DNA of 64,000 nt from Leucoraja ocellata (Eukaryota). Below are positions 1 through 13,265 of this stretch, one piece after another. Location: positions 186,001 to 250,000 of the forward strand of contig JAWMAR010000982.1 in NCBI GenBank assembly GCA_036785375.1, in the 5' to 3' direction. A model generated the notes under the pieces. The model searched no databases, was not told the origin of the DNA, and worked only from the letters and a program-made list of their open reading frames with translations. The position numbers were made by a program, and so were the translations under genes. The number at the start of each line of letters is the position of its first letter. Within the stretch, counting starts at the first letter, position 1.

Positions 1-415
1 GCTTTTTGTTGCACACTATCGTCAAAGAAAAGGCTTTATATGCTTACAATCAAATTGTCCATAGTTTATAAATAAAGGATGCAACATTTAGTGCAAGATA
101 AAGTCCGATTAAAGATGGTTGAAAGGTCTTCGGTGAGGTGGATGGGAGGTCAGATCCTCACTCTAGCTGGTGAGAGGACAGTTCAGTTACTTGATAACAG
201 CTGGGAAGAAGCTGTCCCTGAATTTGGAGCTGTGCGTATCAAACCTCTGTACTTCTTGCCTGATGGGAACAGAGAGAAGAAGGAGTGACCAGGGATGAGA
301 TTGGTCCTTGATTATGTTGGTGGCCTTGCCGCAGCAGCGAGAAGTGTAGATGGAGTCAATGGAAGTAAGCTGGTTTGTGTGATGGTCTGGGCTGCGCCCA
401 GAACTCTCTACAATT
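1..415 (-). mobile_element. Rex1/Babar-type LINE 3' fragment
   Basis: Reverse complement reads like HSFFSLFPSGKKYRG..RTAPNSGTASSQL, a decayed form of the Rex1 C-terminus (LFSPLPSGRRYRS..RT.RFRDSFFP), plus 3' UTR. Same family as 35682-35990 and 48275-49840. Confidence 0.7.
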
Positions 416-824
416 CCCCTTTGTAGATATATTTCCCTTTGTTCCTGGTTGCATTACTTTAATGTCAATGTAGCCACCTCCATATTTGCTTAATGTGCAG
501 GTTAGAATTGCTGACAGCAAGGTTTCTGTTCTGGAAAACTATAATAATTAATTTTTATTCTGAAGCATGGTGGAGGCTTTGAACTTCATCCTCAAAAAAA
601 TCGGCAGAATATTCTGTAAAGGCCAGTACCTCTTGGGGGCATAAATCCTCCAATGCTTTTAAAGTCAAATATATTTCAGATGCCAATTTCAGACTAGCAA
701 AGTGACACCAGAGTGAGAGGCACAGACCTTTAATGTACTGAAATGAAGTGTGGATTGGCACAGGGCTTTGGATGGGGAAAAGTTAAGGCAGATTGGGGCA
801 GATTGCTGAAACGAGGGACCCCGA

Positions 825-1135
825 CAGTTCTTTTCATTTGCACTCCCTCCAACCTCATCTACTGTATCCGCTGTTCCAGATGTAGACTCCTATTTATCGG
901 CGAGACCAAGTGCAGATCGTTTTGCTGAACACCTTCGCTCAGTCTCCCTCGGCATATGTCATCTCCTGGTTGCCAACCACTTTAACTCCCCTTCCCATTC
1001 CCATTCTGACCTTTCTGTCCTGGGCCTCCTCCACTGTTAGAGTGAGGCCAAACGCAGCTCATATTTCGCTTGGGCAGCTTACAACCCAGAGGTATGAATA
1101 TTCATTTCTCCAACATCAAGTACCCCTCGCATCAT
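825..1135 (+). mobile_element. Penelope-like element, GIY-YIG endonuclease fragment (frameshifted)
   Basis: Translates in pieces as FICTPSNLIYCIRCSRCRLLFIGETK, FAEHLRS, VANHFNSPSHSHSDLSVLGLLHC and LIFRLGSLQPRGMN. These are the PLE GIY-YIG motifs with the CxxC insert. Confidence 0.85.
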
Positions 1136-1402
1136 CCCTCATCATTGTGGGCTGAAGGGCCTGGTCTTATGCTGTACTTTGCATTGTTCCAGGTTGTTCA
1201 AGGATTTGCATTGAGACTTCCGGGTTTGTAGCTGTGTTAAGAATTGCAGTTTCCAGCTTGCAAGGTGCAAATCGATTTGAACAAAAAGTTTGTTCACTTC
1301 ATTGATGATGCTGATGTTCAAAAGGATTGACATTGGAAGCTGGACAGGGAATGTTGACAAAGTCAGAAGGGGGAGCTCAGTAAAGAAGAGGTTGAAATGC
1401 AG

Positions 1403-1556
1403 TTTCCCTCTCCCCTGACTCTCAGTCTGAAGAAGGGTCTCGACCTGAAATGTCACCTAATCCTTTTCTCCAGAGATACTGCCTGACCTGCTGATTTACT
1501 CCAGCATTTTGTGTCTATCTTTGGTGTAAACCAACATCTGCAGTTCCTTTCTACAC
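1403..1556 (+). mobile_element. Penelope-derived short repeat with decayed hammerhead motif
   Basis: cagtCTGAAGAagggtctcgacctGAAAtgtc, followed by the recurrent ctccagagatgctgcctgacc..ttactccagcattttgtgtctatc block. Confidence 0.7.
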
Positions 1557-2249
1557 CGGTTTGAGCGCAACATTTCCGGATAAAATAACCTCCAATGATA
1601 GATGTTTGTAGAGGATTTTATAAGGAACAGGTTATTGCATTCATTATTTTTTATGATCATACACTTTTGGAAACTGTTGGAATTGAGTTTGGAACATGCA
1701 ATAAAAAGATAGGCAAAGATTTTCAGTTATTTGGGTGATGATAAAACTCCACAGCAATTTCAGCTGAAATACCAGGCCACATTTTTCTCTCTGTTGGTAG
1801 AAAATCACTGGTCCTTGTGAGACATTGCTAAGAGCAAAATGGTTACCACATTTTGGTCATATTACCCTCACAGTAATTGAGGCCCGAGTGTCAGTCAGTC
1901 AGGTTTACTGGATAAGCCATGTTGCCTGTATGCCCAGGCCCTGAATAGACACTTCACTGTGAGCTCTGTAATGGTGGAGGATTCCTAGGCAGAGAGAGGA
2001 AGCATTCAAGGAAGTACTACTAAAATAAATGAAGCATCCCCACTGATTCTAGTTTTAGAATCCTTCCCTCTGGGAAAAAGATTATGAGCGCTCATTTTAT
2101 CCAAGCCAAGTGATTCGTCCAAGTGATTTTGTGCACTTCAATAAGGTCAGCCCTCAGTCTCCAGTGTTCCAAAAAACCCCCATCCCAGCCTATCCAGCCT
2201 CTCTCTAAAACTCACCTCTGCTTCTTGCTGCTTTCAACAAGCTCCTCAT

Positions 2250-3085
2250 TGGGAGAGTGGGCAGAGAAGTGGCAGATGGAATACAGCGTAGCAAAGTGTC
2301 GAATCATGCATTTTGGTTGTAGGAATAAAGGCGTAGACTATTTTCTAAATGGGAAGAGAATTCAGAAATCAGAGGTGCAAAGGAACATGGAAGTGCTGGT
2401 ACAGGACTCCCAAAAGTTTAATTTGCATGTCGAATCGGTAGTACGGAAGACAAATGTATTTATTTCACAAGGACAAGAATATAAAAACAGGGGTGTAATG
2501 TTGAGGCTTTATAAGGCACTGGTCAGACCACATTTGGTATATTGAGAGCAGTTTAGGGGCCCCATATCCAAGGAAAGATATGCTGGTGTTGGAGAGGGTC
2601 CAGAGGAAGTTTACGAGAATGATCTTAGAAATGATTGTGTTAATATATGATGATAATTTATTTAGTGACACTGGGCCTATACTTGATGGAGTTTAGAAGG
2701 ATGTGGGGAAAGTTCATTGGAACTTACTAAATCATGATAGGCCTGGATAGAGTGAATGTGGAGAGGATGTTTCCCCTTGTGTGAGAGTCTCGGACTAGAG
2801 ATAGCCTCAGAATAAAAGCACATGCTTTTAGAAAGGAGATGAGGAGGAATTTCTTTATCAGAGGGAGATTCATCTGTGGTATTTATTGTCATGGAAGGCT
2901 TTGGAGGCCGTCAATGGATATTTTTAAGGCGAAGATTGAAAAATTTGTTATTAATAAGGCTGTCAGGGGTTATGGGGAGAAGGCAGGTGAATGGGGTTGA
3001 GAGGGAAAGATAGATCAGCCATGATTGAATAGTGGAGTAGACTTGATGGCCTAATTCTGCTCCTATAACTTATAACTTATGAACT
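2250..3085 (+). mobile_element. CR1 LINE 3' fragment
   Basis: EWAEKWQMEYSVAKCRIMHFG..LYKALVRPHL, then a CR1 3' UTR and a (cttataa)n tail. Confidence 0.9.
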
Positions 3086-5149
3086 CATTGAAACAAGGGT
3101 GGCCACTTGGCGTGTAGTATTGGAAGGCGCTGGTAAGTGAGGAACATCTCAAGTTTCCTAATCCCAAGTGCTGCTTCCATTGGAAGAATGGGTCCATCTA
3201 TCTTCTCTTTATAGGACAACGCTGAACAAAACAAGAAAGAGTAAAAGGTTTGCAGGATGACTGAGATGTTTGTAAAGTTCATGGACGAGGACCCTCTGGG
3301 CATAAACAGTAAATCTAGATCCTTCTCAGAGTCAGAGGGCTGGTAGTTAGAGGGTGACATAATTACTCCACTCTGTGACATGCATGTGTTGACTTTATTC
3401 CATCAATTTCTCTTTTGTACATTGATTTTGGCACAGAAAGACAGATGCACTGCCAACTGTAGCAAGTCTGACAATGCTAAAGATTTTTTCATCCAGCAAC
3501 TATGAGCAGTTTCAAGAAAGAGATCTTAAGATTGTTTGAAAGACAGATTTTCTGAAAAGTTGCAAATTACAACTCTCATCTCCTAAATAGTATTTTATCC
3601 AAAAATGTGCTTGGGGTAACCCTGTCGCAGTACGTCTTATTTAACCAAAAGGCACCTGGTCTTCTCACAGACCTGTCTGCACTGTTATTCTCTGTGAGAT
3701 AACTTTTCCAAACCACTAAATGTCTGCTCAATTGAATCCAGATGTCAGGAGCTGAAAGTACTGTTCTCAGAAAAGAAGGAACCAACATAAATCTTACAAC
3801 TGACAGAAATCCCGCTGTGCTCATTTGAGGAAGCTCTTGGAAAAAGTAAGAGGGCCAAGATACCTGATGGGCACAAAGACAGATGTGCATATCTAAATTC
3901 CCTTTACCCTGAATGCCTTCAGATAAGTTGCAAAACAATTACTGGCTAGAAATGGGAGACTTTCAAAAACTCAGTTTTTTTAAATGCCTACATATCTCTT
4001 TTTTAATAATCTAAAGTAGTTCAAATATTCTAATGTTATCAGCTAAATGGAAAATTATCGTAATGCTCAGTTGATCATTAACTAAAACAGCAAATATGAT
4101 GAAACATTACTACTCCATTAATTTAAAACAAATGTAAAAGCATTAGTAGATAATACTTTTCCAAAGTAGGACCTTCAATAATGCAATGTATAAAACGTAT
4201 AATACACAGCACAAGTGTTGTACAGATTGTGAAGTTTAATTGTTAAAGCTTAAATCATTGCCTTTATCTTGCCTTGCACGTCAGGATTTTAGACCTAATA
4301 TTTATTTAATGTAGTTAGCATAACAGTTTTTGAACACAGAGGCTTTTCAAGGTGTTGTTCTTGGTACAACTAATGAAAATGAGTTAATGTTCCATACTCT
4401 CCATTTTCCCTTCCCTCTAAAAGGCCCCTCTTATGACTGCCTCCTAATCCAAGGATCATCTGACTTGAGTTACAGAAAACGAATATCTTTGTTTGCAAAG
4501 CTTGAGTGAGAAAACAACAAATGGATTACTTACGACTAAAAAGTAGTTAGTACTAAGGGATTTTAGTCTTACTAAATAAAGGATTAAATAGAAATTTAAC
4601 CGTCTGATTTAAGTACTTTAGTATTTAAATATTTATTTTCTGTCATTTAATCTGTCCCAATTATTATTTTTCACTATTTTCAACCATATTTCTGATTAAT
4701 TAAACTTATCTATATGCCAAACTTCTCTCTACCCAATTTTGTTACGGTGGTATAAAGATTGTTGGTGACAATCACTTCCACGGATCCAGCCCAAATCCAT
4801 GACTTGCAGCGAAAACGTAATAAAACAAGGAGCAAACTTTAATGGCACATGGTTTTGGTAACTTTCCACCAGGTTGCAAGTTAGAATAACCATGTTAGAG
4901 TTCCCTGGACGATAGAAAAGATAGAGTAAGATGAGAAGGGAAAGGGGTTAAATGAGAGATTAAGTTGTTACCACAAAGGCTGAATCAGGCTAAACAGATT
5001 TTTTTAAAGGCAAGAGAAGCCAGAGGATGGTAAAATATTAGGAGACTAGACCACTATTTGACCTAAAAAGCAATTGCAGAATTCTTCTGCACCATATAGA
5101 TAGTAAAATGGTGGTAGATGGAGAGATGCATAGAAGGGATGACTAATGG

Positions 5150-5272
5150 AGGCAGAAAAGGACATGAAGTGCTGGAGTAACTCAACAGGTCAGGCAGCAT
5201 CTCTGGAGAACATGGATAGGTGACGTTTTGGGTTGAGAAAGGACCAGCACTTGCAGTTCTTTGTTTCTACAT
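5150..5272 (-). mobile_element. Penelope-derived short repeat
   Basis: gctggagtaactcaacaggtcaggcagcatctctggaga..ggtgacgtttt is the reverse complement of the repeat at 1403. Confidence 0.65.
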
Positions 5273-5334
5273 AATGGAGGCTGAGACATGCCTTGAGTTT
5301 TAAATTAATGCTTTACATCTGCCTTTATAACGAA

Positions 5335-6450
5335 AAATGCATCTGTCCCAGGTGTACTTAAAGTAAATAAGCCATCAGGTCTGGGTGGCATTCTACCAAG
5401 GGGAGATGCCAAGTGGAGCAAAACTAAAATAGCAGACAATGACCTTAGCTAAGAAATGGGGTGTTGTCTGAGGACCAGAGGACTGCAGAATTTATAGGCA
5501 TGGTGTAAAAGGAGAGTCAGGTTAAATCTTGCAACTGTGGACTTGTTATTTTAACCTCGGCAGTTTTGAAGCTTGTGGAAACAATAATCAGGGTAAAATT
5601 AACAGTAATTCGGTAGAGAATTGATTAATTAATGGAAGCCTGCATGCATTTATAAAAGACGAATGGTGATTAACCAGTAGTTTGACACAGGTAACAGAGG
5701 ATTGATGAGGTCAGTGCAGTTCAAGTGGTATGGACTTTCAAAGAGTGTTTCTAAAGAGCCATATAATAAACTTATGAGTAAGACTGAAACTGGTGGAATG
5801 GACAGGATAATGGAAGTATTGATAAGATATAGTTTAATGACAAAAATCAGTTGTGGTGAACGCTACTTTTCCAGGTCATAAGAAAGCTAGACAGTACTAT
5901 TCGCTGGGAATGGTACTCACTGCTACTGTTTCTCTTCATACATTAATGGCATGCTTTTGGTTTTACAGGTTGCAGTTTCAAAAGATGTAGATGAACAGAA
6001 AACCTAAAGGTATTATAAATAAAGTGGAAGACAGACTGAAGGAGAGCATAGAACGCTGAATGGGGAACATAAAAGTGTGCTAAATTTTGGCAGGAACACA
6101 GGTTGCAAAATAGGTAAAGAGTATGGATCTGAAATGGATGCAGGAACAGTGAGATTGGTTGTATCTGTACACAAAATGTAGCATAGATGTGCGAGTGCAA
6201 AGTAATAAATGTCGAGACAAAGATAGCAAGATAAGCTGTTCCTACTGGCAAAATAAACAAGAACCCTGTATACAGACTTAAAGTGAATATTAAAGTGAAT
6301 AGCAAAAGAACTGAAAATGAGAGGAGGGAAAATCTTTTTTCATAAATGGTTAGCATCTGGAGCACTCTACCTGACATGGTGGTGGGGGTAGAATCAATAA
6401 TGACTTTTAAAAAGTGAATGAAGTCAGCACATTAAAAAAAAACTTGCATG
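5335..6450 (+). mobile_element. Old, highly decayed CR1 LINE
   Basis: Remnants LKVNKPSGLGGILPR (cf. KVDKSPGPDGIYPR), 'tggactttcaaaga' (DFQK) and a CR1-like 3' region. Many stops and deletions. Confidence 0.6.
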
Positions 6451-6669
6451 ATTACAGGAAAGAATCGGTGTGCGGTATTTGCGGCATTGCTTATGCAGAA
6501 ATTAAGCAAAAAGCCATGGTGTTATTTCGGGTCGTATGTATTTGTTTGCAGAACAAACGCCACTGGTACTGTGGATCAGAGTCTCTTGACTGTGACTGAA
6601 GATCCAAAAGGAAACGTCAGTGCAGAACGCAGCAACATCAGAAGTGCTTCCTTTCGGATTGGAAGTTAA

Positions 6670-7938
6670 AGGGCCTGTCCCACTTGCCTGCGACTGCATG
6701 CGTTTGGCGCGACCAAATCGGAAGCGGAGTTCGCGGTAAGTACGCGCAAAGTATATAAATAAAATTAAATTTAAACACGCTAAATTCGCGAGTGACGTAA
6801 TTCGCGTCATACTTACCAATCAGCTGGGCAGGAGCCTGGCCGACTGAAATTGGACGTCGCGCGATGATGTCATCACGCAACGGCACGCCGGGCGGTGACG
6901 TCATCGTGCAACGCCACGCACTAGGCGTACACTGTCAAGACGCTGCGTACGCCCTCAATGCGCCTGCAGGCCGACAGGCAGTTGCCGTGCGGAATTTTCG
7001 GTCAGTGAAGGAGTAAACGAAGGAGCTGATCATGGACTTTAGGAGGGCACATCATCCGAGGGCGTACACTCCATTGAGGATAAATGGGGATCCTGTGGAT
7101 AGGGTGAACTGTTTTAAATATCTGGGAGTCCATATCTCCGAGGATATGACATGGGCATCACACACCTCAGCACTCGTGAGTAAGGCAAGGCAGCGCCTTT
7201 ACCACCTCAAGCAATTGAGGAAATTCAGTGTGTCTCCGAGGATCCTCCAGTGCTTCTACGCAGTGGCGGTGGAAAGCATCTTGTCCGGGAGCATTACCAT
7301 CTGGTTTGGGAATTGCTCTGCCAAGGACAAGAAGGCTCTGCAGAGAGTAGTGCGTTCGGCCGAACGCACTATGGGAACTTCACTTGCCCCCCTTCAGGAA
7401 CTATACATCAGGAGGTGCAACTCCAGAGCCAACAATATCATGAGAGACCCCTTCCACCCCTGCAACGGACTGTTCCAGCTGCTACGGTCAGGCAAACGCT
7501 TCCGTTGCCATGCGGTGAGAACAGAGAGGTTGAGAAGGAGTTTCTTCCCAGAGGCCATTCGGACTGTAAACGCCTATCTCACCAGGGACTAACCCTACTG
7601 AACGTTTTTCCTTCCATTATTTATTATGTAAAGGTATATGTGTGTTATGATTGTGTTTATAGTTTGTTTGGTTGTTTGGTTGTTGTCTTTTTACACAAAA
7701 GTCCGCGAGCATTGCCACTTTAATGTCACTGCACATTTCGTATGTGTATGTGACAAATAAACTTGACTTGACTTGACTTGACAGTGCGGGATTTTTGGAG
7801 CCCCGCACGATGTCGGGACCAGCCCCGCACAACTCCATACGCCTCCGCGCTTGAAAGTGGGACCGGCCCCGCACGCCTCAAGCGACCGCGTTTGGTCGCG
7901 CCAGACGCATGCAATCGCATGCAAGTGGGACAGGCCCT
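6670..7938. mobile_element. Non-autonomous DNA transposon with ~50-bp TIRs (AGGGCCTGTCCCACTTGC...), interrupted by a Rex1 fragment
   Basis: Left end agggcctgtcccacttgcctgcgactgcatgcgtttggcgcgaccaaa; right end tttggtcgcgccagacgcatgcaatcgcatgcaagtgggacaggccct. TTAA on both sides (6666-6669, 7939-7942). CpG-rich interior. Confidence 0.85.
7008..7781 (+). mobile_element. Rex1/Babar LINE, 5'-truncated, with open C-terminal ORF (7032-7592)
   Basis: KELIMDFRR..FKYLGVHISEDMTW..KARQRLYHLKQLRKF..LLRSGKRFR..RTERLRRSFFPEAIR. Tail is gtgacaaataaa(cttga)n; CAGTG flanks both ends. Confidence 0.9.
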
Positions 7939-7960
7939 TTAACAAAGGCTTGTCTACTTT

Positions 7961-10900
7961 ACATAGAAAATAGGTGCAGGAGGAGGCCATTCGGCCCTTC
8001 GAGCCAGCACCGCCATTCATTGTGATCATGGCTGGTCGTCCCCTATCAATAACCCGTGCCTGCCATCTCCCCATATCCCTTGACTCCACTAGCCCCTATA
8101 GCTCTATCTAACTCTCTCTTAAATCCATCCAGTGATTTGGCCTCCACTGCCCTCTGTGGCAGGGAATTCCATAAATTCACAACTCTCTGGGTGAAAAAGT
8201 TTTTTCTCACCTCAGTCTTAAATGACCTCCCCTTTATTCTAAGACTGTGGCCCCTGGTTCTGGACTCTCCCAACATTGGGACCATTTTTCCTGCATCTAG
8301 CTTGTCCAGTCCTTTTATAATTTTATACGTTTCTATAAGAACCCCCCTCATCCTTCTAAACTCCAGTGAATACAAGCCTAGTCTTTTCAATCTTTCCTCA
8401 TATGACAGTCCCGCCATCAAAGGAATCAATCTCGTGAACCTACCCTGAACTGCCACAATAACAAGGATGTTCTTCCTCAAATTAGGAGACCAAAACTGTA
8501 CACAATACTCCAGATGTAGGCTCACCAGAGCCCTATACAACTGCAGAAGAACCTCTTTACTCCTATACTGAAATCTTCTTGTTATGAAGGCCAACATTCC
8601 ATTAGCTTTCTTCACTGCCTGCTGCACCTGCACGCCAACTTTCAGTGACCGGTGTACAAGGACACCCAGGTTTCGCTGCACCTCCCCCTTACCGAACCTA
8701 ACCCCATTAAGATAATAATCTGCCCCCTTGGTTTTGCCACCAAATTAGAATTACCTTTATTGTCATTCAGACCTTACGGTCTGAACGAAATTTCGTGCCT
8801 GCAGTCATACATACAATAATACAATAATAAACAACAATAAACACAAATTAACATCCACCACAGTGAGTCCTCCAAGCACCTCCTCACTGTGGTGGAGGCA
8901 AAAATCTTAGGGCTGCAGTCTCTTCCTTCCTCTTCTCCCTCTGCACTGAGGCGATACCCCACCAGGCGATGGTACAAACAGTCCCGCGGCTCATCGAACC
9001 CCACAAACGGGCCGGCTCAAACACCGCGGCCCAGGGTGGTCGAAGCTGCCGCCCTCCAGTCCAGCGGACGCAGCCGCTGGCCCGCGGCTGAACCCCAGAC
9101 TCAGGTCACCGCCGCCAGAACGCCGTCCCAGCCACCTGAGCACCGTTCCAGCCCCGAGCCGGATCGCCCTCATGTGAGTGCCGTTCCTCCCTCGAGCTGG
9201 GCCGCCCTGGTGGGAGCGCTGTACCTCCCTCGAGCTGGGCCGCTCCGACGGGAGCGCCATTCCACCCTCAGGCTGGGCCGCCCCGACGGGAGCGCCACAG
9301 CCCCTCACGGGAGAGTCTCAGCCCCGCGCCAGTCCGCCCTCACGGGAGCGTCACAGCCCCTCACGGGAGCGCCGTTCCAGCCCCGAGCCGGACCAAAGTG
9401 GATAACCTCATATTTATCTGTATTATACTGCATCTGCCACGCATCTGCCCACTCACTCAACCTGTCCAGGTCACCCTGCAACCTCCTAACATCTTCTTCA
9501 CAGTTCACACTGCCACCCAGCTTTGTGTCATCTGCAAACTTGCTAGTGCTGCTCCTAAATCCCTCTTCCAAATCATTAATATATATGGTAAACAGTTGCG
9601 GCCCCAACACCGAGCCTTGCGCCACTGCCTGCCATTCTGAAAAGGACCCGTTCACTCCTACTCTTTGCTTCCGGTCTGCCAACCAATTTTCTATCCATGT
9701 CAACACCCTACCCCCAATACCATGTGCTCTAATTTTAGTCACCAGTCTCCCGTGCGGGACCTTATCAAAGGCTTTCTGAAAGTCTAGATACACTACATCC
9801 ACTGGCACCCCTTCATCCATTTTACTTGTCACATCCTCACAAAGTTGCAGAAGATTAGTCAAGCATGATTTCCCTTTCATAAATCCATGTTGACTTGGAC
9901 CAATCCTTTTACTGCTATCCAAATGCCCCATTGTTACCTCTTTAATAATTGACTCCAGCATCTTTCCCACCACCGAAGTCAGGCTAACTGGTTTGTAATC
10001 CCCCATTTTCTCTCTCGCTCCTTTCTTGAAAAGTGGGATAACATTAGTTATCCTCCAATCCACAGGAACTGATCCTGAATCTATTGAACATTGGAAAATG
10101 ATCACCAATGCGTCCACTAATTCTAGAGCCACCTCCCTGAGGACCCTGAGATGCAGACCGTCAGGCCCAGGGGATTTATCATCCTTCAGTCCCATTAGCC
10201 TACCCAATACTATTTCTCACCTAATGACAATTTCTTTCAGTTCCTCTACCCCCTTAGATTCTCTGTCCTCCTGTACATCTGGGAGATTGTTTGTGTCTTC
10301 CTTAGTGAAGCCAGCTCCGAAGTAGCTATTCAACTCTTCTGCCATTTCCTTGTTGCCCATAATAATTTCACCCGTGTCTGCCTTCAAGGGACCCACATTT
10401 GACTTTGCTACTCTTTTTCCCTTAACATATCTAAAGAAGCTTTTACCGTCCTTTATATTCCTGGCCAACTTCCCCTCATACTTCATCTTTTCAGCCCGTA
10501 TTGCCCGTTTTGTTTCCTTCTGTTGTCCTATGAAAGTTTCCCAATCCTCTGGCTTCCGGCTACTCTTTGCTGTGTTATACATCTTTTATTTTAGTTTTAT
10601 TCTATCCCTAACTTCTCTTGTCAGCCACAGTTGCCTCCTACTCCCCTTAGAATCTTTCTTCCTTTTTGGAATGAAATGATTCTGCTTCTTCCGGATTATG
10701 CCCAGAAATTCCTGCCATTGCTGTTCCACCGTCATTCCAGTCTACTTTGGCCAGCTCCCCTCTCATGCCTTCATAGTCCCCTTTGTTCAACTGCATCACT
10801 GCCTCTTCCGATTTAACATTCTCCTTCTCAAATTGCAGATTAAAACTAATCATATTATGATCACTACCTCCAAGCTGTTCCTTTACCTCGAGTTCTCTTA

Positions 10901-11013
10901 TCATATCTGGTTCATTGGACAACACTTAATCCAGAATTGCCCTTTCTCTGGTCGGCTCCATTACAAGCTGCTCTAAGAATCCATCTCGGAGGCATTCTAC
11001 AAACTCTCTTTCT
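7961..11013 (-). mobile_element. CR1 LINE ORF2 (end of endonuclease through RT and 3' UTR), frameshifted and interrupted
   Basis: ORFs 10647-10925 (LGGSDHNMISF), 9305-10207 (KSPGPDG, YLDFQKAFDKVPH, QGSVLGP, KFADDTK) and 8046-8681 (RGHSLRI..FFTQRVVNLWNSLP). Confidence 0.95.
8745..9391 (-). mobile_element. GC-rich non-autonomous retroposon with Rex1-like 3' tail, inserted in CR1
   Basis: ACCAAA TSD (8739-8744 and 9392-9397). Internal cgggagcg and ctcacgggag repeats. 3' end reads atttcgttcagaccgtaaggtctgaatgacaataaa. Confidence 0.8.
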
Positions 11014-11071
11014 CGGCTAGATGTCACTATTTAAATAAAAAACATGAGACCTGACCAACAAAGTCCTGTCC

Positions 11072-11363
11072 TTGACAGTTTCCTCCCAGCTTTATCAGAC
11101 AACTGAACCACCCTACTGCAACTAGAAAGCAGTCCCATCAACTATCCATTTCGTGCATGACCCTTGGACTATCCTTGATTGGACTTTACTGGCTTTACCT
11201 TGCACTAAATGTTATTCTCTTTATAATGTATCTGTACACTGTTTATAATGTATCTGTACACTGTGAATGGCTCGATTGTAATCATGTATTGTCTTCCCGC
11301 TAACTGGTTCGCACACAACAAAAGCTTTTCACTGTACACGTGACAATATACTAAAACTCAAAC
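11072..11363 (+). mobile_element. Rex1-type LINE 3' end/UTR
   Basis: gacagtttcctcccagct (DSF.PA), UTR ending aaaagcttttcactgtacacgtgacaat, and a 22-bp internal tandem duplication near 11221-11264. Confidence 0.7.
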
Positions 11364-12589
11364 ATGCGCCAGTCAATCAAATATCTAATTAAAATAAAAA
11401 AAAAAACATTTTCTGACCAACGAGACATTGCTGTCTGTGGGAGTGTGTTGAGCTTCCTACACTACAAAATACTGAAAGAGTATTCCATTACTGTAAAAAG
11501 ATTGAGATATTTTGAGATGGCAAAAACATTTATATTTCATTTATTCTTTCACAGATACAGGCTGCCCTGAAGTTGCAACTTATGGAGACTGCTACACTCC
11601 TATCAATGGAGGTCCCATACTATTATTACATTTCAAAGTCTGATGTACATACGATTTTCATTCCCACAAATGGCAGAACTAGTTCCCACTCAGTCTCTGC
11701 TTTTAGTATTTGTTCTTCCTTATCAACCAATGTGCTTTAGACTGTGGAGGTATGGCTACCATATTGAGCGATTTTTATGCATTGCTGACACAGGCAAAAT
11801 CGACTTGTAAAAGCAGAACCCATTTATTACCCGGGGAAGGCCTGTAGCGTCATTTTATTCTATGGAATTAAATTTAAAGGCATTTGTATAAACGATATCG
11901 GGTTCTGAACAATGAAAGGTGCTATAAAGTCACAGGAAATAGACTTTTCTTGTGATAGCTTCTGATCTTAGCAGTACCACCACACAGCGGTTTTCAAGCA
12001 CTCAAAACAAATGGGAAATAGAAAGCCAAAATGTCTCACAGAGATTAGCCTGGGAAAACAGTAATTTGATTCCTGATCATCCACTTTTTGATTAAATTTT
12101 TTTTCCAAAATCTTGTTTTTTTAACTATTAGGCAGGATATTGCAAAATTCAAGAATATCTCTGCCATGTTGTGAAAGAAAAGTTATTTTTACCTACAGTG
12201 GAAACAATTCCATTTTAGGTATTTGATAAGAGAATTGGGCATCAAACAATGTACTACAACGACACTCCAAACTTCCGTGGGATGGAGCAACAGCGAATTG
12301 ACACATCACTATGATTCCCTACATGGCCATTTCCTTCAAATTGAAAATCATGCTAAAATTAGCACTGGAAACTCCAACAGTAAGCATTACAACACAATTC
12401 TATTTCCCGCATTAGGAGTGTGTTCCTAGCAATGTTTATTTATTACAAAACCAGCCTGAAGCGAATTAACATTTTCTTTGATTGCACCATGGAAACGTAC
12501 CATTACATGGCTATCAATTGATTGGATTAAAAATTTTCAGGCATTTTGAGATTCTTCTTTCCCGCAGAAGAATGTAAAACTGAAGGTTT

Positions 12590-12816
12590 TCGCCCGGTGC
12601 ATCGCCTCAGCGCAGAGGGAGAAGAGGAGGGAAGAGACAGTAACCCCAAGACTTTTGCCTCTATCACAGTGAGGAGGTGCTTGGTGAACTCACTGTGGTG
12701 GATGTTAATTTGTGTTTATTGTGTGTTGTTTATTATTACATGTATGGCTGCAGGCAACGACATTTCATTCAGACCGAAAGGTCTGAATGACAAATAAAGG
12801 ATTCAATTCAATTCAA
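12590..12816 (+). mobile_element. 3' part of GC-rich non-autonomous retroposon (same family as 8745-9391)
   Basis: Near-identical to the reverse complement of 8750-8975; ends cagaccgaaaggtctgaatgacaaataaagg(attca)n. Confidence 0.85.
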
Positions 12817-12951
12817 GGTCTGAAATATGTAGTTTTTAATATTATATTTGTATTTTTGTCAGGAAGGATAGTATGATAATTTCTCATAGCAAATTAATGA
12901 AATTGTTAAGTGAATTTAAAATCACTTGAAACTGAGTTTGAAATCTGATTT

Positions 12952-13105
12952 CATAAGTTGTAAGTTCATAATTCATAGGAGCAGAATTAGGCCATTCGGT
13001 CCATGGAGTTTACTCTGTCATTCAATCATGGCTGAACTAACTTTCGTTCTCAACCCCATTCTCCTGACTTCTCCCCAAAACCCTTGACACCCTTACCAAT
13101 CAATA
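12952..13105 (-). mobile_element. CR1 3' UTR fragment
   Basis: cataggagcagaattaggccattcgg...ttctcccc..cccttgacaccc is the reverse complement of the CR1 3' end at 2950-3085. Confidence 0.75.
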
Positions 13106-13265
13106 TCCATTTCAATTGGACCACGTTCTCAATTAATTCCAGTTCTTAGTTCGTAATATTAGTTCACGTCTGTTAATTAAATGATATGAGTCACAGGACA
13201 GGAAAGTTCAAAACAATTTTCACCTGAATTTCACTTACATAAACGTCTATAACCATTTCACTAAA

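Noticed and set aside
555-761. Minus-strand ORF LTLKALEDLCPQEVLAFTEYSADFFEDEV as a host exon
   Set aside because: No recognisable homology and no convincing splice-site pair.
9100-9391. CRISPR-like short repeat array
   Set aside because: Irregular imperfect tandem repeats inside a eukaryotic retroposon, with no constant repeat-spacer period and no cas genes.
8889-9779. 296-aa plus-strand ORF
   Set aside because: Chance read-through of a GC-rich insertion joined to antisense CR1.
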